Of a stretch of DNA of 64,000 nt, positions 12,240-26,718 are shown piece after piece (the first letter of the stretch is position 1; the number at the start of each line of letters is the position of its first letter). The stretch is from the NCBI RefSeq assembly GCF_963676685.1, contig NC_092350.1, positions 68,200,001-68,264,000 of the forward strand, written 5' to 3'. The notes below the pieces were generated by a model, which was given only the letters and a program-made list of their open reading frames with translations, did no database searches and was not told where the DNA came from. A program made the translations under genes and the position numbers. This stretch comes from Mytilus edulis. Its lineage: Eukaryota.

Positions 12240-14725
12240 CATGAGTATTTGCTCTATATATACGTTACTGTGTGCAAAGTTATCTAACATAGTTTGTTCC
12301 AAATGAACCAATATCAAGACATAACATTATCAAAAACACTCTATTTAATTTAAAAAAAACAAAGACACTAAGAAACATCTGCACACTGTTAAATAAGATT
12401 TAGAGCAAATAGCACGCCGAGCACTGCGAAGGCAATGCAAGAAATTCAAAATATTTCTTATCATTAGAAAGACGCAATTATATAAATAAAAGTATTAACA
12501 AATTAGTTGTAAACGACATTGAAATTTTGTCACAAGAACAAATTCTAAACGAAGAGAGAAATTTCTACGAAAATCTGTACCCATAAAAAAAAAACTTTTT
12601 TTTATTTAAATTTTACTCCTAAGCTTACAGATCCGAAATAAAGGATATATGGGATGCAGATTTTTCAGAATCTGAGTTCGTTAAAGTTTTAAAACATTTA
12701 AAAATAATAAAAGCCCTGGAACAGACTTACTGCTGAGTTTTACAATTTTTTTCTGGATTGATATAAAAAAAATACTTTTAGAAAGCTATGAATATTCCTT
12801 TGAGACCGGAACCCTCTCAGTAGACAGAAGCCGGGGTATTCTGACTCTTATTCCAAAGAAAGATAAAGATAAAACACTCTTGACGAACTGGCGTCCTCTT
12901 TCTCTCTTTCATTTTGATAACGAATTATTAGCCAAAGTTAATGCGGAAAGAATGCAATTATTTCGTCCGAAACTTATAGATCCGTACCAGACGGGATATG
13001 TGGGTGGTGGATACATTGGTGAAAATTTACGACTCTTTGCTGATATTATATTGATTACTGCTTTCAAAAATTATCCAGTGCTTATATTGCTAGTCGATTT
13101 CGAAAGTGCGTTCGATACGTTAGAATGGAAATTTATTAATAAATCATTGGTTTGTTTTATTTTTTGTAGCAAGTTCCGGAAATGAGTCTTAAGATTATAC
13201 ACAAATATATCTAGTCTTGTCGTAAACAAAGGATTTAGTTGTAGTCCATTCAAAACTGTGAGAGGTGTTCGACAAGGTTGTCCTTTGTCTTCTTTTTTAT
13301 ATATATTTAGCCGTTGAACTTCTGCCAATAAGTATTCATTAGAACAATCAGATATCTGGTATAAAAATTGCGGATACTGAAATAAAAATTCTCAGTTGGC
13401 TGATGATACCACTTGTTTTTGGAAAGATGTATTTTCCGCTCAAATTTTATTAGATTCCTTTAATGATTTAGAGAAGTGTTCAGGGTAAAAGTCATTTTTT
13501 TAAAACCGAAGCAACATTGGTTGGAAGAAATAAATTAAACAATAAAAGGTTCCCTTTCTATTAAATGGACAGATGGTTTTAAAACCTAAAGTTTAAAAGT
13601 TAACGCTTTTGAAGAAATGGTTGTTCTAATTTAGATACATGCATAGAAAAAAGGAAATCAATAATTAAAATGTGGAGGATCAGAAACCTTTCCTTGATCG
13701 GTAAAATCGTAATTTTAAAATCACTTACAATATCGAAGCTTATTTGTGTTATTTCATCTACACATGTACCAAGATCTTATTTAATTAAAATACAACATGA
13801 CATTAATATTTTTTATGGAATGGTTGTACCCCGAATGTTAAATCGGAAGTTATTAAAAGTCTCCTAGCGAGGGGAACTGAAAGCCCCAAATTTTGAAGTA
13901 CAGCTGTTATCCTTTCGTATTATGTGGGAAAACATATTTTTTTCTCAGAACATGACTCCAAATATAAACATGTTTCCAAAGAATTCTTCTCCCTTTTTGA
14001 TTTAAAGGATTTATTTTTGAGCAGATGTGAATTTGAGTTTTTAACTTTAAAAGCACCTCTTTTTTTATATAGAAGTGTTATGTGCCTAGAAACGTTTCAT
14101 GAGTATTTTTTATCTCGTTAAACGCATTTTATGTTAGAAAAGAATGTATTAGGTTCAATCCGTTTATCAAAGTTGACAGAACGAGTATGTTTTACGATCT
14201 TGGTTCATGAAAGGCATACAGTCAATGATATTGTAGATGATAAAGGCAATGTTTTGTCTCATGACGCTATTCACAAAAAATATAAACTGAATGTTACTTT
14301 TGTAGACATTCCATCTATTAAACTTGCTTTACCACGTGACTGAAAAGATTTTTTATTACAACAACACATGTCACCTAACAGCAACTCATTTGGATTCTTT
14401 TTAAAGCATAATAATATAAAAAAACGTATATCAGTAAATTATTCGCTAAAGATGTATAATCACTTTTTATCGAAAGAGGAAGTGTTTCTCCTATTTCACA
14501 ACAAAGGCGGGAAGAAAGTTTTAATATAGAAATAATTGACGAAAAGTGGAAAAATATACTGAGTATTATCATCATTTACTTGTAAATGTTTACTATGTCT
14601 TATTCGTTGAATAGCAATAGTATAAAATGCAATACATATCATGTCATTCACTTATGTATTGTAAAAATGTATGCATGCACTGTATTAACACCAAAAAGAT
14701 TAATAAAAAAAGAAGAAAAAAAGAA
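12240..14725 (+). mobile_element. Decayed, 5'-truncated L1/Tx1-clade LINE (reverse transcriptase) in gene A intron 2
   Basis: NWRPLSL, QTGYV..YIGENLR, LVDFESAFDTLEW, RGVRQGCPLS, QLADDTT, WRIRNLSLIGKIVILKSL over broken frames; AATAAA + A-rich tail near 14700-14725. Confidence 0.9.
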
Positions 14726-14858
14726 ACCTCTGCAATCTTTTAGTAGATATTAATTCTAATCTCCTTCTCAACAACAATAATTTATCATATTTATACACAA
14801 AAACTATTTCTCTTTACAATTTTAACTTTTACTTTTCGGCAACCTTTGTACTTGCATG

Positions 14859-15435
14859 NNNNNNNNNNNNNNNNNNNNNNNNNNNNNNNNNNNNNNNNNN
14901 NNNNNNNNNNNNNNNNNNNNNNNNNNNNNNNNNNNNNNNNNNNNNNNNNNNNNNNNNNNNNNNNNNNNNNNNNNNNNNNNNNNNNNNNNNNNNNNNNNNN
15001 NNNNNNNNNNNNNNNNNNNNNNNNNNNNNNNNNNNNNNNNNNNNNNNNNNNNNNNNNNNNNNNNNNNNNNNNNNNNNNNNNNNNNNNNNNNNNNNNNNNN
15101 NNNNNNNNNNNNNNNNNNNNNNNNNNNNNNNNNNNNNNNNNNNNNNNNNNNNNNNNNNNNNNNNNNNNNNNNNNNNNNNNNNNNNNNNNNNNNNNNNNNN
15201 NNNNNNNNNNNNNNNNNNNNNNNNNNNNNNNNNNNNNNNNNNNNNNNNNNNNNNNNNNNNNNNNNNNNNNNNNNNNNNNNNNNNNNNNNNNNNNNNNNNN
15301 NNNNNNNNNNNNNNNNNNNNNNNNNNNNNNNNNNNNNNNNNNNNNNNNNNNNNNNNNNNNNNNNNNNNNNNNNNNNNNNNNNNNNNNNNNNNNNNNNNNN
15401 NNNNNNNNNNNNNNNNNNNNNNNNNNNNNNNNNNN
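14859..15435. other. Assembly gap (N run) in gene A intron 2
   Basis: Run of N. Confidence 0.99.
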
Positions 15436-16020
15436 ATCGTCAGTCTGCAAAGAATTTCGTTAAAAACCAGGGCAAGGGGCGGTGAGGTGACTGTTGTTAG
15501 TCTTTGTTGTAGACCTCACTGTGACTTTGAGCTGACTAACACTAATACAAGCGCTGTCCCTTCGCTTTGTGTGGTTGTGCTGTGCATGTACTAATGTTGT
15601 GTCATAGATTGATACTCAATATCATTTCTTTTCTATCAATAGCCTAACCTATTCTATGATTGTTTTCACATAACATACATTATTTATTATTCTCGAACAC
15701 TGTCCGAATTTCGAATGTATTTTTGAATCTTTCATTTGGAGTGTTATATTACTGTTTGTTTGTGTTTTAATTTGAGGATTTCTGCTGAAAATAAATCAAG
15801 AGAAGCCCTTCGCACGTACGCAATTTATATTGTAAAGTTATTCTAATCTATTCACTCAGCTACAGTGTTGGTGAAATATTCAAAAATAAGACTACTAGCT
15901 CGTTTGTATATACAATTCTAGTTTTAGATATTTCATTTTTTATGACATTATGTGAAACCTGCAATGTAAACAAGGATTGTTGTTTTTGTTCTTTACATCA
16001 ATTTACAATAATAAACATAC

Positions 16021-16195
16021 CGCATTATATCCCCAAAATCAATTCTTGGAAAATAAACGTATTTGTTTTCATCATCGTAGTCCAAGGAATACACACGACC
16101 AATGCCATGCCCAAAAAGTACAGACACACTGTGTGTATAGATATCAACTTCAATAATTGATTGGGAACTTGCAAATAGAAGTTTTCCACTGATAC
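16021..16195 (-). CDS. Gene A coding exon 2
   Basis: ttcag acceptor / gtatgt donor; (C)ISGKLLFASSQSIIEVDIYTHSVSVLFGHGIGRVYSLDYDDENKYVYFPRIDFGDIMR; 175 nt, phase 1-2, same as gene B exon 2. Confidence 0.85.
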
Positions 16196-19100
16196 CTGAA
16201 AAAAAATGTTCAAACCATTACCGAAACATATATTTCAAATAAAAATAACAGAATACTTTGTGTTGTGAAAGTTCCAAAAGCTTAACACAATGAACTTCCG
16301 ATCCATACATGGAAAAGTTTAATCATCAGGAAATGTAGTCCTGGTGACATATTTATAAGCATTCGTCGAAGAAATTAAACGAACAAATCTAATTTAATAT
16401 CGAGTGAAACAGAAATACCGGCCATTCAACAAATTGAGAATATATAACGGCTTCCATAATATTTTGATATGAACTGGCAACCACAAATACAATGTATAAT
16501 TTATTTACAATGCGCAGTCAAAACAGTAAATAACGCATCACATTTAACACCAGACGACGCAACTCGTTTCTAGTATATTTTGACGGGTAATACAATTGGC
16601 TGCTATCTGTATATTTGTTAAGTCATGAATTCATGAAGCGTAAACTCAAATTCAGATTAATAAAACACAAAACAAATAATATACAAAGACATGGACGCAC
16701 CTTATACATGTTATATTTAATACTCTGAAGACACTGTAAAACATATTACAAATGACTATCAACTAAAGATACTTGAAAAAAAACAGCAAAACAATACCAT
16801 ACATTCCGACAAAGAAAACACTAGTAAATTGAACTTTGTTGTCTCCGCAAACATTCTTAAATTGCACTGGCGCCATTTACAAATAGGACATATATGTTGC
16901 AATGTTACTTTATAGTTAAATTATTGAATTACAAATACATCTCATATGGTTCCGTTATTTTTATTGACTAAGGCATTCAAAAAATATTTTTTTAAAGTCC
17001 TAATAAATGCAACATCTTTTACTGCACAGGCTATCCGGAAATGTTAAAATAAACTTAACTATAAAATAATAGATATAATAATAATAATAGAAATATAGAT
17101 TCCTACACTACAACAAGTGAATAACGATATTTCTCCACTCGGGACAGTTAAATTTTATTCTTTAAAGCGCGAGGCTTGCCGAGCTTTTTAAATAATTAAA
17201 ATGTAACTGTCGAGAGCGGAGATATCGTAAGACACGAGTTAAAGTGTCGGAATCTGTTTCTCTGATGATTTTATCCTTCTTTTTCAAAGATTTTCAGAAA
17301 CTTGTGTTCTTTATATGCGCCGTCCTCAGGCAATGTCGCCTTTTTTCATGACGTCACAATAGGAAAATTCACAAGAAAACAAAACATTTTGACGTCATAA
17401 TCAAATTTCGACTAATCATTTGCTGAGAACAGATATTTCACTAGTGTTATTACAAATAATATCTGATTAGGAACAAAAGGAAAGAAAATGTACGACCTCC
17501 ATTTGCATGTAATTCAATGTTTAAATACCAAATACCCCCTTTTTAATATTTCGCGAGTACTTGTAAGAGACCATACGTTATTGACATGCCAAGAGTTTTC
17601 ATATAAGTTAGCAATCTTTGAAACAAATATGTGAGATAAAGAGCTACTTCACTTGGGTAAATTAAAATTATATTATATATCTATATATTTTTTTTTCAAC
17701 AGATTCACAATTTTTTGCATTTTTTAAATCGTGCATCAATATCTTTTTTTTTAAATTTACTTATATGTATTGTTCATTCATTTGTTTTAAATGTGGAGCA
17801 TGTTACCTTTCTTAGAGATATATATCTAAAATCGATAAAGTTTGAAACAAATAAAGGATAGATACATCGAGTTTTTTTGCTTCAGTGATTTCACGACCGA
17901 CACTCGGCTTACCACGAGATTGATCGGTTAATATATATTGAGTATGCGGCTTTATGGGCGGTTGGTCTGTTAATCGGGTTGGTTATACGTCTGTTAAGAT
18001 TAAAACGCACAATTTAATGTCAAACTCTGTTGAATATACAGATTTTTGTCATATTATAAGAACCAAATCAAAAAAAGAAAAGTGTCTGACAAAATGATAT
18101 CTATCATAGAACATTTTCCACCTGTAAAAACATTTCATTATCTGCGCAGTTTTCGGCAAAACTAAAAGGCGTCGCGCAGGTATGTAGTTTTTATGCTTAT
18201 ACGCGTAACAATTTTTTTAATAAAAGGCGAAACAAACAATTTTAGATATCATTTAAAGGACACAAAATAGTACTTTGATTCTAAATAATAAATTGACATT
18301 AGTAAATGTTTCATAATTGTAATATAACGTGAATAATGCCACGTTTAAGTGAAAGTTATGGTAATAAAGTCTGTTAATGGGTTGGACAATTAAAATTGTG
18401 TCAGTTAAGAGTTATTTAGCCAAGACAATAGTTTTGCTTCCTTTATATTTTCCCATTGAAAAAGTTAAGAATGAGATACTCTTGAGTAAACAAAAATTGA
18501 CAATACGGTGCAACAGTATCCTTCTAGTAAGAGCATTTTTATTTTGACTGTCTTTGCATTTTATTGAAGGGTGTGTCACTTCAATATAGCAAAGAGAAGA
18601 TTTCTATGTTCAGCTAAAATCAAATTTGGTAAAAAAAATAGCCAAACTACTATTTAAATAAATAAACAAGATACTGTTGGTTGTACAATTCTCCAATATA
18701 TTGCAGTAGTGAACTTTCGATCTTTAAAAATTCCAAATGCCAGATAATGTACAGACCTGATGACAAATAAATAAATGTTTATAATTTTAGAAATGAATTC
18801 TTTGATTTCAAGAAAAAAAAGATGACTGATTAATTGCAACTTGACGATATATTTGTTATTAAAAAATAACAATTATTGGGTATGGACACAACTATATTAC
18901 CTGGAATAAGTCATACTATTTGTTGGTGCTTATAAAACTTATCTTGATATAACATATATTTTGTGACACAAATGATTGCATGAAAAACGTTTACAGAAAA
19001 AGAAAAAAGAAAAAAAAACACATATACGTAATGGCATGCACAATATCTAGTGTTACAGAGTAACGATACGAGAATCATTATAGTCTTATAAAATGTGGTG

Positions 19101-20620
19101 AAGTAAAAAAATATACAAAAACTAACTTCAAGCTAAATTCGATTTTATAATTTAATATTTTCATTTAACCCAAAATCATATATAATATCTCATTATTAAA
19201 GAAAAAGTAGAACCGCAACAATTAACACTGTGAAAAATGCAATCTGGTATAAATTCAAAACTATTATTACCATATCCGTCTGGCCCCACGGTATAGTGAT
19301 TTCATGTTTGTAACCATTCAGAAAATGTATATTGATCCATAAGAATCGTCTTTGTTTATAACACACACCAATGATTTAAAAGAAAATCATAATTTGCTTT
19401 CCACTGGTGTCTATCGTCGTTTATAGGCCAAATATCAATCTACAGTCATGAACTCAAATTATGCCTGCATACAGAGGTCAACCATCATAAATCCTAGTAA
19501 GTGTATATCATGTAGGTTATTATCTAATCAAATTAATATGCTGGGGTTTGAACAATAGTTGTGTGCTGAAAAAGTAGAAATGTCCAACTCAAAAAGCTGC
19601 GCAACTTATATCACTACTTTAAATAAACGTACTCTAAAAGGTCATTTTGTAAACACTGTAATTGATGTTTTTAATATTGTTTTTCTTGATATATAAAATG
19701 ATTTTGTTATGAGTAAAATAAAACAATACAAAATATAACACATATGTACATTCACGTTACTACAATCTTTCGATTCTGACCGTTTGGCATTACACAAGGT
19801 CATGGTTTTTATCTGACTGCTAATGAAACTAATTCATACGTATTTTGGTTGTGAAATTATTGATATTCTTGTCTCAGATACATATCTTTTTCAATAGTTA
19901 TTATTGACTGATGAGTTCAGCCTCATTCAAACGATTTTTATTGTTTGTCTCATTTTGTACTGTTACTCCACTGTCCGAGGTTATGACATGGCTCAGTTTC
20001 CACAAACCTGTTTAACAGTTCTCTCTCTGATTTGAAGACCAATATAACATATACTTAAATTAAAATTTAAGCAGTTTACCTTCGTTGTTGTATTCGAAGA
20101 AGCTCACATGTGTCGAGGCAGTTCAGTTCGAAACAAAAGTTAAAAAGTAAAAAGAATGGAGAACAGGATCTTATGTTGAATGTATAAAACCCAAGGGAAA
20201 ATCTAATTTCGGGGACAATATCACAAGTATCGGGACCTTATGAATTCGAATGAACAAAATATCATGCATCATATTTTGTATTTATTGATTATCATTTCCT
20301 GTATGTGTGAATAGCTCACCCACAATACGATATATAATTATTTAAGTATCCACACAAACTGTCAAATAGTGAAGAAAAAAAACAGGAGCAAACCACATAA
20401 TAACATAAACTTATGAACAGTTAACACAGTGAAGTTTAAAAAAAACAGGATCATATATAATTGGTTATGAGTGACCATATTGAGATTGTATATCGATACA
20501 CTGGTGTGAACGATAACTGTTATTGTTTTGGCATCAATATTATCGACAAAAGCTTAGTCGGAAAGTTTGTTTTACGTGTAGATTATATTTGTTTATAAAG
20601 CTGAATATTAATTAACTTAC

Positions 20621-20681
20621 ATTCCGCAGCTGGCAGATGACAGTATATAAAACATATGCTGAAGCATACTAGAACGTCCAT
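20621..20681 (-). CDS. YWTD beta-propeller/EGF secreted protein, gene A, coding exon 1 (signal peptide)
   Basis: ATG at 20681; encodes MDVLVCFSICFIYCHLPAAE + phase-1 GTAAGT donor; 61 nt, same length as and homologous to gene B exon 1. Confidence 0.8.
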
Positions 20682-21564
20682 GAGTCTCTGCCTTATGTGA
20701 TACATAATCATATAAAATATAAGAAATTGATACTTTTTGTGGATCTTTTTTTTTTAAATAGACAGTAAGTGGTGACAAAGTAAAGTTTAACAGAGCATGG
20801 CACTAATCTAAAGTCAATTCCTATTATGAAGAGGTCAAACACGGAAGTTTTAAATAACATGCATTTAAATGAAACTTAATGGTTCAGAAAATACGTGTTA
20901 TACTTTATTTTTTTAACATATCATGTCTGGTGTTAAAACTTTATTTTGTTATATTTAATCGAAAATAAAATATTTCATAATTATAAATAGCAGAACACGA
21001 ATAACTAGCTGTAAACAACTTTCAGATGGATTGAAGTTCAGATATGTGGTTACAAAATGTACTCGCATACTCGTCGAAGTATAAGCAGATCTACAATGCA
21101 TATATATATTTAAAAAAACTTCTAATTGAATGAGGTTTTTACGTTCCAAATAGCATGACATGGCAACCGATGATCTATTAGGTTATTTGCGTCATTGGAG
21201 TTTTGATTCTTTAGATACAAATAAAAAAAAACGACATCAGATCATCGAGGACCAACCGTTAGGGTTTTTTACAGGGTGCACCCAACACTATACCCACAAC
21301 ATACATGTAGTTTAATTCATTTCTCATTGATGAACTGAGCCTCGCTCAACATATTACGTTATATTATAAAAAAAGAAGATTTAAACCATTGCTTTGACAG
21401 TTTAAAACTCAAATATAACACAAGCTACATTGTCTATTGAAATCGACCAATACAACAATATACACACAAATTACGAAATATCAACACATTTCGTACATTA
21501 CATAAATTGACTGTTATCAAAACTAGAAATACACATAGTTTCATAGACATTTAAAAACAAGACA

Positions 21565-21850
21565 TACGTGCCTGTCCCAAGTCAGGAGCCTGTAATTTAG
21601 AGGTTGTCGTGTGTTTATTTGTTACATATTTGTTTTTCGTTAAATTTTTTTTATATGAAAAAGGCCGTTAGTTTTCTCGTTTGAATTGTTTTACGTTGTC
21701 TTATCGGGGCTTTTTATAGCTGACTATGCGGTATGGGCTTTGTTCTTTGTTGAAGGCTTTACGGTGACTTATAGCTGTTCATGTCTGTGTGATTTTGGTC
21801 TCTTGTGGACAGTTGTCAAATTGGCAATCATACAACATCTTTTTTGTATA
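21565..21850 (+). repeat. Dispersed interspersed repeat
   Basis: Shared blocks (ggccgttagtttt..gtttgaattgttttac, atagctgactatg.ggt, agttgtc..attggca.tcatac.acatctt) recur at ~2530-2650 and ~62280-62455. Confidence 0.75.
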
Positions 21851-22732
21851 TTATTTATATTAAGGCGAAGCTTGTTACATCTGAATTCATGACTGAGCTT
21901 TCACAGTTTACGCAGCGTTAATATTCAATTTTGTTTTCATCCTGAACGCACTCAATTATATGTTAATTTAATCATTCATTTATTATGCTATTCGGATTTA
22001 CTTTTATTATATGGAATACTTGATAAATACGATTGGGTCTTTCTACCCTCAACTCTAAAATGACTTGAATTAAGTTTTATACGTCGTTATAAGTTTTTAT
22101 AAGAAACGTTATCTCTCCTCAGTAGATACTCTATATAAAGGCTCGTACATATATTTTATGTTTTAGCTCCTTTATTGTGCACATTGCGTTTTTGTCTATC
22201 ATCAAGTAAGATGTTAACGACGTTGACTACTCGTGAGTGTCTCACACGCTCGGAAGAATTTATGTTTGCTCGATTGATTAAAATGATTTAAAATGTGTTC
22301 TGGTATTTTTCATGAAATAACCACAGTTTTGGGATTCTGTGTGTCATTTGTATCCATATTCTTCTCCGTAGGCGGCTCACGTGGTGTTGCACATGCTTAG
22401 TATACAAAACATACAAAATAGAAGATGTTAATGTCATACTAGGTAAATATCTAACTGTTTTGATGCAAGAGCAATTGTTGAGTCTAACGCAGACACACAG
22501 GTGTCAAAAATCAAAAGGCTGTTATCGTTAATAAGTTTTAATATTTCAATATGAACCTGTTCTGTAATGTTTAACTTTTCATGTTTGAAGTGAAATGCAA
22601 ATTGGTATCATAAAAATATAAATAAAAAAGAAACCTTTTGAAATTGAAAAGTGCTGGTAACAAAAATACAACAAACAGTTACTAATTATGTTGACACAAA
22701 TCTTTATATGTACAACAAATACATCTGCACCG

Positions 22733-23457
22733 TTTTTAACCGGATTTTTGTGACAAAAATGTCGGTTATTGATTTGGGGATGTACGGTGGGCTGTCGGGC
22801 GGTCGGGCGGGCGGTCGGGCGGGCGGGCGGAAATCAAATGTTGTCCGTGCATTTACTCATGAACCGTTCATCCAAAGCTTTTAAAATTTTAATATGATGT
22901 TACTGACACCAAAATGAAGGTCAAGTACAAGAATGACGATGTTGACTTATACCGTTCAGGAGTTATGGTTCTTGAAAGATTGAAAAATGGCGTTTCCAGT
23001 CGTGTCCGTGCATTTACTCATGAACTGTTCAACCAAAGCTTCCCAAATTTTAATATGTTGTTACTGATGACAAAATGTAGGTCAAGTTCAAGAATGACGA
23101 TTTTGACTTTTACCGTTCAGGAGTTATGGTTCTTGAAAGATTGAAAAATGGCGTTTCCAGACGTGTCCGTGCATTTACTCATGAAGTGTTCAACGAAAGC
23201 TTTTCAAATTTTGATATGTTGTTACTGATGACAAAATGTAGGTCAAGTTCAAGAATGTTGTTGCATTTACTCATGAACCATTCAACCTAAGCTCTTTCAA
23301 ATTTTAATATGTTGATACTGATGATAAAATGGAGGTCAGATTTGATATTGACGATGTTGACTTTTACCGTTCATCAGTTATGGTTCTTGTGATATTGCCA
23401 GGACACAAATAAATGTTAATAAATCCGGTTTGCTGTCGTTGTGACAGCTTCTTGTTT
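22733..23457 (+). mobile_element. Helentron-associated element (HINE; DINE-1/pearl-like) with internal ~160-bp tandem repeats
   Basis: T-run ends, subterminal inverted repeats AACCGGATTT (22738) / AAATCCGGTT (23421), (GGGC)n microsatellite, ~3.5 units of ~160 bp, 3' palindrome GCTGTC-N5-GACAGC then CTTGTTT. Confidence 0.85.
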
Positions 23458-25597
23458 GGAGTTGAAAAGCTTTTTAAAAACTCAATACTACCAATTTACA
23501 AAAACTCTCTGACAGATGGTTTTCTCCGCAGTCTGTTTCGTTGTTTTCTAAGAAAATGTATTGCTTACCATTGTCCGTTCTAGTGAAATTCATTCCACAG
23601 AAATCTAGAATGTAATGTACCTAGATCTAGATATTTAGTTTGCTATGTAATTTACCAGTCTCTATTTATTTAGTACAATTATTATGTTTTAATAATGATA
23701 ATTAATTCTGCTCGAAACAAGTTCGTTTTTTATTTGAATTCAAAAAACTGTCTCGGTTGCTTCGTTCATTTGATTCCGTTAAGTAAGGAGTTAAAGTTAT
23801 CAGTAATGCGTATCTTAATTCCTAGTTACTTTTCCGAAAGATATATTGTTACCCACACCAGATTTATTTTATCTTATGTTATGATTATATTCCTCAAATA
23901 TGAAAGATAAAACCGATTGAGCATCGATGCGACAACAACGGATAAAAGACGTGTTTATTTGATCAATTTCGAATTTTAATGTGTTTCTAAGGGTAATGCT
24001 AAACCAATGTTTCAATTGCACAGCGGCCACTTGATAAGACATTTTCTTTGTTCGTTAAAAAGCATGGACAGATACAATGCATAACCCAACTGTTCACTAC
24101 TTTTTACAACATATAAATGTTGAAAAAGAGTGTTTTGTTTTCAATCTGAGTATACAATTTTAAGGAGCATTTTATGAAATTTCATTCAAGAATATTTATA
24201 ACAAGAGTCGAAGACATTATATAAACGTGTTTTGTTTTCTATTTTTAGTGGAAGTACACCATAGGAAGCTAACATTGCATTATTGTCCGTTTTTCAAGTT
24301 AATATTTCTCTTCTATTCATGAAATTACTATGTTAACATGTACTGACGTCAGGTAATGAAGTGATCCCGACCTTAATGACTACTGACAAAGGAATTTGTA
24401 AGATACCTTGGGAACAATTTGATTTAAATACCCCTTGCATGTGTAGCAATCAAACACTGTTTTCAATATAAATAGTAAGCTTAAAAACACACATGTAAAT
24501 GATATGTAATGTTAAAATAGACGAATGACCGACTATGTTACAGGAAGTTCGATGTTGAAATACAAAATTGTCATTTAATGAAACAAATATATTTTATAAG
24601 CTATTGTATATAAGACAACAGGACATTAACAACATTATAAATAATTAATAGATTAAATCACCAGATACATTAAACTATACAAACTGTACATCAACATATG
24701 CAGATGAATAGGGTGGGGTCATTTTGCTTACATATGGTAATATTGATGAATAGATTAATAATCAACGAAAGACAACTCTAATTGATTATTTTCATATTAA
24801 CCCTTAAAAAAATGTATAACCGATTCATTGGTAACTACTAAAACGTATCAGTTCGTGTCCATGTCATGATAATTGCCATTTCCAAATGAATTGTTCATGT
24901 ACAAAACATATATATTCATCCTTTTTTCATGTACGTGGTGTGTACCCAACGACTGTAATTTGAATGCTCCATATATAGCATTACCATGATTACTTCCCTT
25001 AGATTTATTTCCGGCTGTGAATAGAAACATAAAAGAAACATATATAACTGCATATATTTGGTTCATTGTTAAATATGAAAAGCTCAGACATAACAATATT
25101 TTATCAAGTCATCAACTGCCCGCTTATCCAAATTAGATTGCAATACTTCACAATTATGAATTCAATATGAAATTTGTGTAATACTTAATACACAAATCTT
25201 ACTATTTAATACTTAAGTATTTTAATAAACATATATTTATATTAGCCTGTTTTGACTTCCAGTGTTTTTTTTTAATCTTGCTTTTTTCCCGGCTATAATT
25301 TGTTAATTTCGTTCGGTGTCTTTTAAATCTAAAAAAAAGATTAAATTGCCTTACTTATACTCCGATTGACCTCTAGACTCATTCATACAAGATATAAATA
25401 AGTCTAAAAGTAAATGATGTCATTTAACAACCGATTATCACATTGAGAATATAACATAAATGAGCGGGAAAAATGAACGAATGTCTTGATCATCTTTAAT
25501 ATTATTCCAAATTTGTTTGTTTCTATATATAAGTAGTACTAAAAGCGTCAATACATTTTAGAATATATTTAAATGATACATACCTGATTTCTGCAAT

Positions 25598-25641
25598 CTA
25601 TCCTATGAGACCAAGAACAAATTGAAGGAAGAAAAGCATGA
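25598..25641 (-). CDS. Gly-rich protein, last coding exon (hydrophobic tail)
   Basis: Long polypyrimidine tract + cag; in phase gives IMLFFLQFVLGLIG*; CAG|GTATGT donor 14 nt after the stop (3'UTR intron, candidate acceptor near 25015). About 151 aa in total. Confidence 0.8.
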
Positions 25642-26306
25642 CTGAAAAAAGAAAAAAAAATACAATGTAAAGTTATGATTTTCCCTATGTGGTTGTACTT
25701 CTACAATATTTGTTGGTTAGATATATGTGAATACAGTGACCACAAATCGTCACGTAAGAACCAACGGCACTTTGAGAGTAGACCCCGTCCCATTTTTTCC
25801 TAACATTATTCTCTAAAGTAACTATTTTAAAATATTTACCTATTTTCACTCATTCAAAGAGTTCGACTTGCTGATATTCATACGATAATTGCATATTTAG
25901 CTTTATTGAAACATTCGCTAATAATGACACTTCAACCAAGGAGTCGTGTACTTCAGTTGTTAACTGAATATAATGAATAAAGGTACCAAAGGGATATTCA
26001 AACTCATAAATAAACAAATTAACAATGACATGGCAATATTAACCCCAAAAAAACATATGTGTGATATGAGGTGCTCCGTAAGGGTAAGCGTTAACGGGAA
26101 CCCGTCTAGTACACACATACAGCTTTTCCTGTAAACATATAATGTCTATTTAATCCTGAATGTCCGAGGGTCTGAATAATTGGCGCAGTTCCTTCATTCC
26201 TTTAATTGTTTAATTACTTTATTTTCCACCATTTCTCTTTTCTGTAAACCATATATTGAACTCCTGATAGGATAAATATTAAATATATACGTGTAATGAA
26301 ACTTAC

Positions 26307-26718
26307 TGATCAAATTAAAAATTCCTCCGAATCCACCACCGCCACCTCCGAAAAGACCTCCACCACCTCCTCCTCCTCTACGTCTTCCTCCTGTTCTTGC
26401 AATTATGGCAGGAGTAACTCTCACATTTCCTCCCCTTCGTCGTCCTCCACCTACAAAGTAGGGTACCGGGTAGTAATAAGGGTAATACAAGGAACCGCCC
26501 CCACGACTAGTAGGACGATAACCACCGCCTTTACCGTAACTGCCGTATCCACCTCCGCCGTATGATGCAGTACGTCCATACACACCTCTTCCATAACCTC
26601 CTCCGCCATAACTTCCTCCGCCATAACTTCTTCCTCCATAACTACCTGCTGATCTAACGCCGACAATGCATACTGCCGCCAGGGCAACACATACACACAA
26701 TCGAATCTCTATTGTCAT
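26307..26718 (-). CDS. Gly/Tyr/Arg-rich secreted structural protein, first coding exon
   Basis: Acceptor attttgtag at 26732, ATG 26718; signal-like MTIEIRLCVCVALAAVCIVGVRS, SYGG/GYGG repeats, YYPYYYPVPYF, GGRRRGG; GTAAGT donor after FNLI. Confidence 0.9.

Noticed and set aside
14791-15485. Three long ORFs of >200 aa
   Set aside because: Artefacts of translating the N gap.
26194-26306. C-terminal SKFHYTY...KE extension of the 174-aa Gly-rich ORF
   Set aside because: Begins at a consensus GTAAGT donor and composition shifts to intron-like; an in-phase downstream exon exists.
26296-26696. Overlapping Ser/Thr-rich and Glu/Val-rich ORFs
   Set aside because: Alternative-frame and antisense shadows of the Gly-rich exon.
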